From positions 192,001 to 256,000 of the forward strand of contig CAWJMT010000004.1 in the NCBI GenBank assembly GCA_963844035.1: a DNA stretch of 64,000 nucleotides. Reading direction: 5' to 3'. Both the position numbers and the translations under genes were made by a program. The notes beneath the pieces are model-generated. The model made no database searches. It was not told the DNA's origin and was given only the letters and a program-made list of their open reading frames with translations. The stretch is from an uncultured Gemmatimonadales bacterium. Lineage in GTDB: Bacteria; Gemmatimonadota; Gemmatimonadetes; Gemmatimonadales; GWC2-71-9. This document shows, one piece after another, positions 1-11,000 of the stretch; position 1 is the first letter of the stretch; each line of letters begins with the position of its first letter.

Positions 1-308
1 TTGTTGACCGCTCCGATGCGCGCCGTGTACTGCTCCAGCGCCTCGTTCTTGGGTGTGTTGGGGGTAGGGTCCCGCCGCGCCCAGAAGCGCCGCAGGTATT
101 CCCGCTTTTCGGGCTCGGTCAGGCTCGGGTAGGTCCCCTGCTCGTCTTCAAACATGAGATAGACGACCGGCCCGTACAGGCTATCGAGCTGGATCTCCGA
201 CGCGGTCTCGAAGCGATCGCGCGCGCGCGCGGCGTTCGCCTGCGCCCAAGCGGCAGGCGCGGCAACGACCAGGGTCAAGAAAGCGAGGGTAAGGCGACGG
301 ACAATCAC
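1..308 (-). CDS. GWxTD domain-containing protein (runs off window start)
   Basis: Manual translation from GTG 308: MIVRRLTLAFLTLVVAAPAAWAQ...LDSLYGPVVYL...EKREYLRRFWARRDPTPNTPKNE. Signal peptide plus FWxxRDPxPxTxxNE motif, closely similar to the 1558..2931 C-terminal domain. Confidence 0.8.
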   Translation of the reverse strand, partial: MIVRRLTLAFLTLVVAAPAAWAQANAARARDRFETASEIQLDSLYGPVVYLMFEDEQGTYPSLTEPEKREYLRRFWARRDPTPNTPKNEALEQYTARIGAVN

Positions 309-374
309 CAGCTAGAGACCCCAGGCAAGGAGGGAGGTTCCCAAAACACGCCGCGCCCGCTGCAGGAACACTGA

Positions 375-399
375 GCCCCGGAGCAGGTTCCTCCGGGGC
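375..399 (-). terminator. GC-rich hairpin downstream of the lipoprotein gene
   Basis: GCCCCGGAG-N7-CTCCGGGGC inverted repeat in the intergenic space; no clear U-tract. Confidence 0.4.
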
Positions 400-427
400 C
401 AGGGCTCAACGCGGCCTCCCGCCGGAA

Positions 428-1524
428 TCAGGGCCGCGAGATCGTCGTTATGTAGTTCTTTGAGGTCGCACCAGCGTAGTTTTCGATCACGAAATAGTGC
501 GTTCCCGCCGTGTACTTATGGTTCGCGGTCGCCTGCGGCTTGGCGCCGGTCGCGCCGCCGCCGCCGTCTTCGAAACACGCTGCTCCAAAGTTGGCGAGGG
601 TGCTGTCGGAGCAGGCATAGATGTCGATGTCGGCAGCGGTGGGCAGCGTCCCTTCCCAGTCCGTGGTGAACTTGTACGTCGCGGTGTCCGCCAGCGTGAA
701 CTTATACATCATGCATGGGCCGCTCGACCCAAATGCAAGCACGCCCTCCGGGCACACGGCCACATTGGCCGGCCCGGCCGTGGAGACCATGATCGCGCTC
801 TTCCCCGCCGCGGGCAGCAGCGTCGTGATGTCCGGAGCGGTCTGCCACGACGCGTCGCCTGCCCACCGGTTACCCGTTTGGGTCACCGACACACTGGAGG
901 GCAATGTCGACCTCGAGCCCCGGAATGAACGTCGTCACGACTCCCGCGATCGTCAGGGCACCGGGATCGGAGAATGGCGTGAGGACCTTGATGGAATCCG
1001 CGTTCACAAAGACGATGGTGCCCGGCACGTCCCCCCCGAAGGTGACGGTGACGCTGTGCCGGGTCGAACTTGAGCAGCGGGGTTGCGGAAATCTTCAGGG
1101 TGTCACCGCCCGCCGGGGTCGCACTGGACAGCGCGCCGTTGAACACGACCGGCACCACGTTCACGGTGACCGTACCCGTGAGTCCGCTGCCCGTCACCGT
1201 CAGCGTCGTCTGCCCCGGGGTCACCCCGGTGGCGATGAACGCTTGCGTAGCCCCATCCGGGAAATGCCGCGCCGTGTCCACTTCCACCGTGGCGACGGCG
1301 CTGTTGCCGGAGGTCGCGGTGATCGTGACGGGCACCGGGTTCAGCTGGTCGTCACGGGCCACGACCACGACCGCCACGGTCGCCGCCGGGTCGAGGAAGG
1401 CCACCGTCGGCGTGATCGAGAGAATAGTCGGTCCCGTCCGGAGCTCACTCGTCGGATCACTCGCGCACGCCAGGGTCGCCAACGCGAACGCCGCGCAGAC
1501 TGCTCGCTTGTGCTGTCGCCTCAT
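428..1524 (-). CDS. Lipoprotein with Ig-like/beta-sandwich domains (frameshifted)
   Basis: MRRQHKRAVCAAFALATLA-C lipobox, RBS GGAG, Big_2-like segment (ATSGNSAVATV...GQTTLTVTG). ORFs 883..1557 and 428..904 join through indels near 1060 and 905. Confidence 0.7.
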
Positions 1525-1557
1525 GGTCGCTCTCCACGCCGTTGTGGTGATCCGCAT

Positions 1558-2931
1558 CTAGAAGGTCGATATGTCATGGACCGCGTCGGAACTCAACGTG
1601 CGAGCCCAATCCCCCGGGGTGCGTTCCAACCGGTCGTTGGAATAGATCAGCGAGTAGTGCCCCAAACGGGTCCGGTCGAGGAACACGAACTTGAGACTGC
1701 GTTCCCGCGTGTATTTCCAGGCCTCCCACGGGAAATCCGCCGCGCTCTGCGGCATCCGGCGGACGTCGTCGGGCTCGCCGTAGCGGATCAAGACCCGCCC
1801 CCGATCGGTCCGCCATCCCGGCACCTCCGCCCCGCCCCCTTCGCGGAACCGCCGGTCGGCCTGTTTGATCCGTTCGTAGAACCCGACCTGGGTCTCGTTC
1901 TCCGGTGTCCCCGGGCTCGGGTCGCGGCGGCGCCAGAATTCGCGCAGGAACCTCAACTTGCCTGGCACCGTGAGCCCCGGGTACACCTGCATCTCATTCC
2001 CCTCCGCAATGTAGACGAGCGGGGCGAATAGCGAATCGAGGCGCGCCTCTGTCGCGTCGCTGAACATGTCAGGCGGCGGCCCTTCGCCCGAAGTTGCTGC
2101 GGCGACGAGCCGCCCGGTTTCGAACCCGGTCATGCGGAACGTGGCCAGCCGTGTCACCGTGTCCCCGCCCGCACCGATCGCGAGCCCCAGCGAGTACGTC
2201 CCGGGCGGCAATCCTGACAGGTCGATCGAGGCGGCGATCCGGCCGCCGCCCGCGCTGACAGCCGAACCGGTAGCGGGCGTCGCCACGACCAGGCGGCCAT
2301 CGGCCCCGATCACGCGTAACAGCCAGGGCACGGTTCCCGCGCTGTCGCGGTACACCTCGCAGTAGTACCACAGCACGGCCCGGTCGGGCGTGAGGGCCAG
2401 GTCGGGCGCACTCGCGATGAACAGGTTGCCCTTGCGCACCTCTGCCGGGCCCGCGGTTGTGTCCGCCCCGTTCGCGGGCCGGATCCCGTAGGCCAGCAAC
2501 AGATCCGACGCTCCCGGCCGCCCGCCGAAGCCCGTGACCGGCAGGTCCACCGTGTCCCGCGCGCCCGAGGCTGAATCCTCCACGGCGATCTGCACGTCGT
2601 ACCGCCCCGGCGCGACGGCGAAGGCGAACGGCTCGACGCTTTCCGCACCCGGCGTCCCGGTTTCCTGCAGCGGCACACGCCGGGTCCACGCATCGCGCAC
2701 CAGGGTCGTCCCGCGTTCATCGGTAACGCGCAACTCGATCCGGTACGCGGCGAACCCGCCGAGACCGCGCGTCACGCTGTTCAACATCCGGTGCGGCACT
2801 CGTACGAAGCCGTTGACCAGCGTCCGGTCGCCCCGGAAGAACCGGGTGACTTCACCCACCACTCGGGCCTGTGGTGCCGGCTGTTGCGGCGAGCCGGCCA
2901 GGACGGCGCTCAACAGCATCCAGAAGAGCAA
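1558..2931 (-). CDS. GWxTD domain-containing protein
   Basis: Signal peptide; FWRRRDPSPGTPENE and GWRTDRGRVLIRYGEPD motifs. Confidence 0.9.
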   Translation of the reverse strand: MLFWMLLSAVLAGSPQQPAPQARVVGEVTRFFRGDRTLVNGFVRVPHRMLNSVTRGLGGFAAYRIELRVTDERGTTLVRDAWTRRVPLQETGTPGAESVEPFAFAVAPGRYDVQIAVEDSASGARDTVDLPVTGFGGRPGASDLLLAYGIRPANGADTTAGPAEVRKGNLFIASAPDLALTPDRAVLWYYCEVYRDSAGTVPWLLRVIGADGRLVVATPATGSAVSAGGGRIAASIDLSGLPPGTYSLGLAIGAGGDTVTRLATFRMTGFETGRLVAAATSGEGPPPDMFSDATEARLDSLFAPLVYIAEGNEMQVYPGLTVPGKLRFLREFWRRRDPSPGTPENETQVGFYERIKQADRRFREGGGAEVPGWRTDRGRVLIRYGEPDDVRRMPQSAADFPWEAWKYTRERSLKFVFLDRTRLGHYSLIYSNDRLERTPGDWARTLSSDAVHDISTF

Positions 2932-2937
2932 GCGACC

Positions 2938-4062
2938 CTACCAGTTCACCGTGAAGCTCAGAAAGTTGGTGTTTCCCAACGGACCCATGTTGCGCCAGGC
3001 GTAGTCGAACCCCAGGCCAAATCCGCCGCGCTGGTACCCCACGCCGAAGCCGAACGCGATGCCCTGCTGGTTCTCCTTGCTGCTCAACGCCGTGGCGAAC
3101 CCGGCTTCTGTGCCGGGATCGATGTTGTTGGCCGGCTGGTAGGTCCAGCTCCCTCGTCCGGCCACCAGGAACCCCGACTTGCCGATATCCGACAACGCGA
3201 ACTCCCCGCCGACCTCGAACCCGGCCTTGTTGTTGTTAGGCTGGTTGAACTCCGACAGCAGGGTGAAGCGCGTCTGCTCGGTGGACACCGCGTCGACCGC
3301 CAGCGCGACCCGGAACAGCACCGGCAACCCGAAGTCCTTCACCTTGTACTCGGCCGGCTGCGGCTCCTGTGGCACGTCCTCCTGTCCGGGCACCGGATCC
3401 CGCGTCACGCCCACGGCAAGCGGCGGCCCGTTGTACCTCAGAGTCGTGCCGAGGTTTTGAATCACGAACGAGGCGCGGATTGGCCGGCCGGCGGTCGTGG
3501 CGTGAAAGCTCGTGCCGAAGTCCAACGCGAAGGCGGTGGCTTTCACGTCGCCGAGCTTGTCGGAGATGAACTTCGTCGTCGCCCCCACCGAGAACCGATC
3601 GCTGAAATTCTGCGCGTAGGTCGCGCCGACGAACGTTTGCGCGACGCCGTAGGTGCCGCCGGTGCCGTCCGGCTGCTCGACGGTGTATACGGGCTGGTCT
3701 GAGAACCCGAAGTTACCGAGCTGGATGCCGAAGGCGCGCGCCCCACCCGACACCGGAAACGCCAGGCCGGCCCAGGTATAGCGGGTGTTGTCGACATAGT
3801 TGTACGTGGACACCATCGCCCCGGAGTGGTCGAGCTGGGCGGTCCCCGCCGGGTTGTAGTACATGGCGCTGATATCCGTGACCAGCGCTGCGTACGCTCC
3901 CCCCAGGGCGGTGCCACGCGCGCTGGCTCCGAGCAGCAGGAACTCAGCCGACGTCGTACCGTACGCCGTGTTGTCGATCGGGACGCTGACCTGCCCGGCC
4001 AGCCTCCCGGCCAACGGCAGCGCCGCGAGGGCGATGGAGCAGATTCGCAAAATACGCGTCAT
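2938..4062 (-). CDS. PorV/PorQ-family outer-membrane beta-barrel
   Basis: Signal peptide; FLLLGASARGTALGGAY..D..AMYYNPAG N-terminal signature of the PorV/FadL-like family; terminal aromatic residue (FTVNW). Confidence 0.85.
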   Translation of the reverse strand: MTRILRICSIALAALPLAGRLAGQVSVPIDNTAYGTTSAEFLLLGASARGTALGGAYAALVTDISAMYYNPAGTAQLDHSGAMVSTYNYVDNTRYTWAGLAFPVSGGARAFGIQLGNFGFSDQPVYTVEQPDGTGGTYGVAQTFVGATYAQNFSDRFSVGATTKFISDKLGDVKATAFALDFGTSFHATTAGRPIRASFVIQNLGTTLRYNGPPLAVGVTRDPVPGQEDVPQEPQPAEYKVKDFGLPVLFRVALAVDAVSTEQTRFTLLSEFNQPNNNKAGFEVGGEFALSDIGKSGFLVAGRGSWTYQPANNIDPGTEAGFATALSSKENQQGIAFGFGVGYQRGGFGLGFDYAWRNMGPLGNTNFLSFTVNW

Positions 4063-4083
4063 GGGAACGCTCCCTCTCCAGCG

Positions 4084-7000
4084 CTATTGCGCGAAGTTGA
4101 CGATGGTGAACCGGCCGATTTTCTTCTTCCCGTCGGGCGTCTCGACGTGATAGAAGTACACTCCCGACGCCACGAACTGGTTGTTGCGGTTGCGCAGGTC
4201 CCACTGCAGCTCGGCTCCGCCCGTCACGTCGTTCGCCGTCAGCATCTGCACGAGTATGCCGGACAATGAATAGATCCGGATGATGCACTGGCTCGGCAGG
4301 TTCACGAATCTCAATATCTTGCTGCTGGTGGTCTGCTCGAAGGCGTTGGTGACGTAGTATGGGTCGGGTACGGTATGGATCGTGGCCAGCGCCGAGTCGG
4401 ACGTGACCGCGGCATCGACCGTCGTGCTGGTAAAGCTGGCCCGGACGGTGAGCCCCGGCACGGCAGGCGGCCGGACCTCGCCAGGCTCGAACTTGTAGCT
4501 GCCGACCGTCCCCGTGATGTTGCCGGCGTAGAACCGCGCGTTCCACACGGTGGACGACGGCAGGGTCGCGAGCTGCATCAGGAACCAGTGGCCGTTCAAG
4601 TAGAAGATGAACCCGTTCCCTGTTGGCGCAGTCGCCCCCAACACCGCCGCATTGGCGTAGGTGGCCGACTGGAACACGACGGGCTCGAGCTTCGCGTGGT
4701 TCATCAGTGGCGCCGATACGGTGCACCCCGGGAAACCGCCCAGAAATGCGGGCGCCGGATCAACACACAAGATGTCGGTCCACGTCAGCGTCCCGGTGTT
4801 CTGGTCGGGGGTGCTCGCCGCGGCGAGCCCGGTGAACGACGAATCGTTCAGAAACCCCCAGGACGCGCGGATATTCGACTTGAACGGCACCTTCACATGG
4901 TGCGTCACATCTACCACCGAGTCCACCGTTCCTGCCGTCGCTCCCCAGTAGACCTTGAAGTCTGCGGCTCGGACCACACCGGCGGTGATCCCCTCCATCT
5001 GGCGCATCGGCTGGCTGTTCACCGTGCTGTAGCTCGACGGGTGGAAGATCCCGACGCCTGCAATGGCCCCCGCGTTGCGGGCCAGGTTGGGCTGGACGCA
5101 AGCGGCCGCCACCGGTGAACAGACCAACCCGTTGGGGTCCGCCGTGTTCTCGTTCGCGGCGCCCGCCCACCACCGCGGGCCGTTGAAATCCGAGAGTTCG
5201 GGATCACTATTGATGCTGGCGCGGCCGTACGAGGTGACACGGTAATTGCCCGTCGACCTGAGCGTGAGCCTGCGGCAGCAGCGCGTACGTCGTGTCGCCT
5301 CCGTACGTGCCGGAGAGCGCCTGATCGAATTTGATGGGAGGAAGCAGCTGGCTCGCCGAGTTGGTCGCGGAGAACTGATCCCCCGCGATTGGAATGGCAT
5401 AGGAAACCGTCGGGAAGGGACCGAGCGCCCGTACGTAATACGTAGCGGGGGTGCCACCAAAAACGTCGCCGGGGCCAACCGAGTCGATGATGAGGCGGAG
5501 GCTGTCAGCCTTCACGACCGCGGGGATGAACGCCGGGAATCCAAGCCCGATCCCGTTCGTGGGCGGCATCGGACCGGAGAAGATTCCGGTCGCGTCGAGC
5601 GACGGAAGCGCCGCTTGCGGATTCAGGACGCTGCCGTCGCCGCCCACCAGGGCGAGCGTCAACTGGCCCTGGTCGACCTGCGCTGAGTTCTTGCGGGGCA
5701 CGACCGTTTGCGCCGGCAATTTGCCTTCCAGGGATGCCGCACCAACACCAGTCGATTTGACCGAGTTCACGTCGAACGCAGACACTGTGTAGTAATACGT
5801 GAATCCATTCTTGACACCGTGGTCCACGAAGGCGAACGGGATGCCCGTGTCGGTCAGCGGCTTGCAGGTCTTCTTGATCGCGCAGGTTGTCGCGGTGGAG
5901 CTTCCGGTGACGGCAGTGTCGGCCTGGATCACGAGAATGTCGTTGGTCACGAGCCGGACACGCCCCCCGGGGGGGATCTGCACGAAGGGACTCACCAGCT
6001 GGGACGTGTCCGACACGGTGAACGGATACGCGGTGTCGAACGTCTTCGGGACCTGCAAGGTGTCGTCGACGGCGGGTCGATCGGCGGGCAGCCGGTCTGC
6101 ACACCCAACTCGGGCGCGCAGTTGGGATGCGAGACCGCTCCCGTCCAGTCGATAAACGTGGTGCCGGTCCTGTCGAACTGGGCGACCAGCTCGAGGTCCT
6201 GCGACGTCCGGCCGCGGTAGATGCGGTATCCCTCGACGTCGAACTGCCGGTAGTTCGGGTCGTACAGCGCCGGGTTGAGAGGATCAAAGGTACTCGCGAC
6301 AGCGAAGTACGGGTCGCCTGTCAGTTCAGTCGCCGATGCCTTCCACACGACGGTGACCTCGTTGTCCCCCGGAATCAGGAAGAACGGCGGCGCGTCGGGT
6401 GGGAACGGGAGCAGGAACTTCGCGTCGAATACGGCTTGCGCCACGAGACCCTTCCCGAGCAGCGAGCGCGGCACGACCGCGATCTCGTTCTGCGAGATCT
6501 TGCCGTCCGTCGGCGCGGTGTCGGCGAACGACAGCGCGCCAAAGATGCTGTCCAGCGGCGTGAGCGTCGCGAGTCCCGCCGCAAGCGATTCCGGCTGCGC
6601 GGCGTCGGGACCGGCCGGCGGATAGATGAACGTGGGCCCGCGGGCCGCGATCGCCGGGTGGTCCACCGGCGCCGCGCCGATGTAGGCGACCGCGATCGTC
6701 TGCGACTCTCCCGGCTTCAGCGTGAACGGCCCCGACGACTGGAAGAACCGTACATCGTCGTGCGCCGTGGCGATGTAGCAGACGTGGTAGTCCTTCGGCA
6801 GTTGTCCCGGCGCCTTGTGGGTGTAGGTGCAGGGCGCGTCTCCCAACGCGGTGTTGAGCGTGCCGGACAGGTAGCGGTACAGCTGCGCCGCGTTGCCGGC
6901 GTCGCCGAACGCACCGGCGTTCACCGTGGCGCTGTACAGCACCAGCCCGATCTCCCCGAGCCCGGGATTGGACGGGTTCTTGAGCGGGCTCTTCAGGTAT

Positions 7001-7992
7001 TTCACGCCCACCTCACCCGACGTGGGCGCGAACGGCGGAGCGAAGATCGTGCTGGGGTAGACGAAAGTAGACGCGAACCAGTTGCTCTTGAACGCGATTC
7101 CCATGTTGAAGGGAAGGAATACTGTGGTGAAGTTGGACTTCGCGTCGCTGGCCTCGACGTCCGCGTCCATCGCGAACGCGAAATACCCATCGGTGATCGT
7201 GTAGCCGGTGTCCGGGATCGACACGGCGAACGCGGGGTCGTTTGCCGCCTTGAACCGGGCGCCCAGGATGGCGAGCGAGTCGGCGTCGGGTCGCCCGGCG
7301 TACACGCTCGCCTTGCTGGCCGTGATGTTGGTGACGGTGAAAATCCAGTAGGTGATGTCTTCATTGCCGCTCGGGAAATTCCACGCCAGCCCCCGCTGGT
7401 CCACCAACACGCCGAGCGGATGCGGGCGGCCGGCGTTCTTGGTCGGGTTCCCGTCCCAGTAGCGGGCCCAGGCATCTGCCTGGGACGCCGCCTTGGTGCC
7501 GATCAGCACGGGGGCGTAGAGCGACGTATCGTTCGGGACGTAGGCGTCGCGCGGCCAGTTGCCGAGATCGCTGGCGTCGTTGGATTGCCAAATGAGCGAC
7601 AGTTGTTCGCCGTTCTCGTGGGAGCCGCTCGGGTCCTCGAAGAACGCGGCGGTGGTGTCGCCGGCCCAGGCGAACCCGCTGGCCGGGTCGACGACGCCCG
7701 CGATCTGGACGCCCGACCCGAAGACATATTGGTCGGGTGTCCCGCCCGGCCAGAAGCCGCCGCCCACCGTCGTGGAGCCGTTCGGGTCTACGCACACGTG
7801 CCCGGTGGCATCAAGTCCGCAGTCCCAGCGGTTGACGTTCATCCGCCCGAGGAAGCCGGCGAACAGCGCGTAGGCCCGCCGTCGCGCCGCGCCCGGGACC
7901 GGCACGCCCGTCGCGGCGGGGGCCGTCACGATCACTCCCAGCGCAACCAGCAGCGCGCACCGCAGTCCGTGCGTCAACCAAGCTTTGGACAT
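4084..7992 (-). CDS. Large secreted protein (~1300 aa) with T9SS-like C-terminal sorting domain (frameshifted)
   Basis: Three ORFs (5992..8028, 5207..6058, 4084..5478) join into one product. Signal peptide at 7992; FnIII-like VEGYRIYR and YYYTVSAFD segments; C-terminus VPDPY...FVNLP..CIIRIYSLSG...WDLRN...VASGVYFYHV...KFTIV-like. Confidence 0.75.
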
Positions 7993-8027
7993 GACCCCAC
8001 TCCTCCGTGAAAAAGAGCGCCGCGTCA

Positions 8028-11000
8028 TCAGAACGACAGCTCCGCCCCGATGCGGATCCTCCGGCCCGGCCCGTAGAACCGGCTTTCCGCATTCTGCAGG
8101 TTGTAGTACGCGGTGAAGGCCGCCGTGTATTCGGTGGGCGTGAACTTCCCGTCTCCGTCGCCGAAGCGTGCTTCGGCCCGCTCGAGCAGCACGCAGTCCA
8201 CCGGGCCGCTGCCGAAGTTGCCGCTGTTGCTGCCCTGCCAGTTGTTGCAGCCGCCGACGCCGAGCGACGTGAAATCCACCGTGTTATCCGGCTTGAGGAT
8301 GCCGGCGCCGTTCGCCTCGTTGATCAGGATCCCTACTTGCTCGTCAACGACCTTCTTACGGAATGTCCCGTAGTTGATGCCACCGGTCTCGAGGAACGCA
8401 TTGACGACGTTCTTGAAATTGATGATGTTGGTCCCCTCAGCGAACAGGGTCCAATCGCTCCGGCCCACCTTCAACCCCTTGGTGATCCGCAGGTCCAGGT
8501 TCTTGAACCACGGCAGCGTCGAGGTGTTCAGCTCGCCGTTCGGTACCAAAAACTGGCACGAAAGCCCGCACCGGCTGTCCAGGGTGTAGCCCTGATCCTG
8601 CGCCACCAGCAACGTGTACGGCAGACCGCTGACCACGCGGAATGTCGCGAAGGCCCCCAGGTTCCGCAGCACGCCGCCGAGTAAGCTGCCCTTCATCCAG
8701 TCGTCGGGGAACTGCAGTGAGGCGGACCCGCTGATGTTGTGCGTGCGGTTGTCATCCGTCGCCTGGATCGCCTGCGCCGGGTCGCTCGTCTGCCCGGTGA
8801 ACGCATTGATCGACCGTCCCGCCAGCGTGGTGTAGCTGAACGGGTCGGAGCCGGTGTTCTTCGCCACCTGGAAGGTGTAGGAGACCGCGCCGCGGAACAG
8901 GTTCGAGAAGCGGCGGTCGAGCCGGACGTCGATGCCCCGCACGTTCCCGAAGTCCGCGTTGGTCGCCGCGCGCCAATCGCCGTTCTCGTAGGTACCCGGC
9001 ACAGACGAGGGTGACAGCGGGTCCGGCAGGTGTACCAGTCGCACGCTCATGTCCGACAGCTTGTCCTTGTTGTAGGCCGCCACGTCCAGCACCATGTCTC
9101 GGCTGAACGCGTGCCGGACCGCGAACTCGAAGATGATGGTCTTGCCGAAGTTCAGATCCCGGCCGTAGGTCTGATTGCGGTTGGTCACGCTCAAGTCGGT
9201 GTTGAGCCCGCGGAACATCAGGTCGAAGTCCGGCACCTGCACCTGGTGGGCGTAGGAAAGCCGGAAGTTCGTGTTCTCGGTGACCGGAAACGATACCTGG
9301 ACCCGTGGACTCCAGGCCGAGTGGACCGGCGCCGGTATGAACTTCGCCGTGGGATTGTAGGGATCGAACGGCGTGGGGTCCACCGGAATTCCCGACGCTC
9401 CCTCCTCCGTGATCGGAGGCATGGACGAGATGCGCCCGGGAGTGTAGGGGAAGCTCGCCCGCGTGTCGTAGCGGTCGTACCGCAAGCCACCGACGATGAC
9501 CACGTCGCCCAAATCCAGCCGGTCTTCCAGGTACCCCCCCCAGCGTACGGGCTTTTCGTGGTACGCGTTGAGCCCGAACGACGAGTTCATGCCGTTGGTC
9601 GCGTTATAGCGCGCCGTGTCGAAGAAGTGGAATTCGCCGCCCAGCTTGACCCGGTTGAACCGGTCCGCTTGCCAATCGAAGTTGGCGCGTCCCTCCATGC
9701 GCGACTCGAGCGACATGTCGAGGGCGTTGTCCAACCCGCTGGTCCACAACGACAACCGATTGCTTTGCGACACGCCGTACGGGTTCATCCGGTAGGGCTG
9801 CACGGAGTTCATGTCATTGTTGTTCAAGTACGGCACGTCGTCCTGGCACGCCCCTTCGCCCGCCGCGACACACTGAATCTGGCGGTCGTCCAGGAACCGC
9901 ACGTCCGTATAGGTCGAATCCTTGATGCGGACGGTATGGGTGGTGTTGAAGTCCACCACGTAGTCGAACGGATGAAGGATGAAGCCGCCAAAGGGGTCGC
10001 GCGACGAGGCCTCCGATTCGCGCGTCAGGGGAGCCGCGATCCGGCGGTCCTTTTGATAGGACAGGTTCACGTCCAGCGCCATCGCCCGCTCGGTGGACCG
10101 TGCGAGGTTCTGCGTCCAGTTCAGGATCGTGGCGTAGCTCGTGGCGCTCGTCCCGGTGTAATTCGCCGGGTTGTAGAGGCTGCTGGCCGCACCGCTCACG
10201 ATGACCTGGCCCAACCCCAGGTTCCGATTCATCTCGTTGCTCGCGAGCCCGAGGAGACTGATGCGCGACCCCGATCCGTAGGTGTATTGCAGCTTGGCGG
10301 TGGCCGTGTTGGCGCCCCAGGCTGAGATCGGCGTTCGCAGCCCTTGGCAGTCGTAGCCGTAGTTGTCGCGGATTTGCGTCGCGGTCGCACTGGTCGCCGC
10401 TCCCGGAGCGGCGCCGTACTCGCCGCAGGTGCCGTTGTACTGCACGAAGCGCGGGACTACAATGGCGGCCGTATCGGTGAGCGCTTCTCCCCAGGTCCCG
10501 GGCTGGTGCACCACCGTATCGACGCCGCTCATGATCCAGATCGGCCGATCGTTCTGCGTGCCGGCCGGGATGTCCATCGGCACATTCACCTGCCCGGTCC
10601 CGCCCAGGTCCGTGGTCGTCATCGACGCCTTCTGTCCCTGCATCGTGCCGGCGACGAAGAACGTCAACCGGCCGATGATCGGTCCACCAAAACTCGCCTC
10701 GAGGCGGTTGAAGCCGACGGCGTCCCACATGCCGACGTCGTCCGTCTGGTAGGACAAGGCCCCCTGAAACTTGGATCCGCCGGCTCTGGTCGTGTAGGCG
10801 AGCACGCCCGACTGGGCGTCGCCAAACGCCGCAGACAGCGCGCCGGTCGTGACCGATGCCTCTTCCACCGCGTTCGTACCGACCGTGAGCGGGCTGGAGC
10901 CGCGCTGCGTGTTGCGGACCAGCACGCCGTCCACGTACACCGCCGCCTCGCCCGGGCGACCGCCGCGCACCGACACGCCCTTGGTCTTGTCGCTCTCCAC

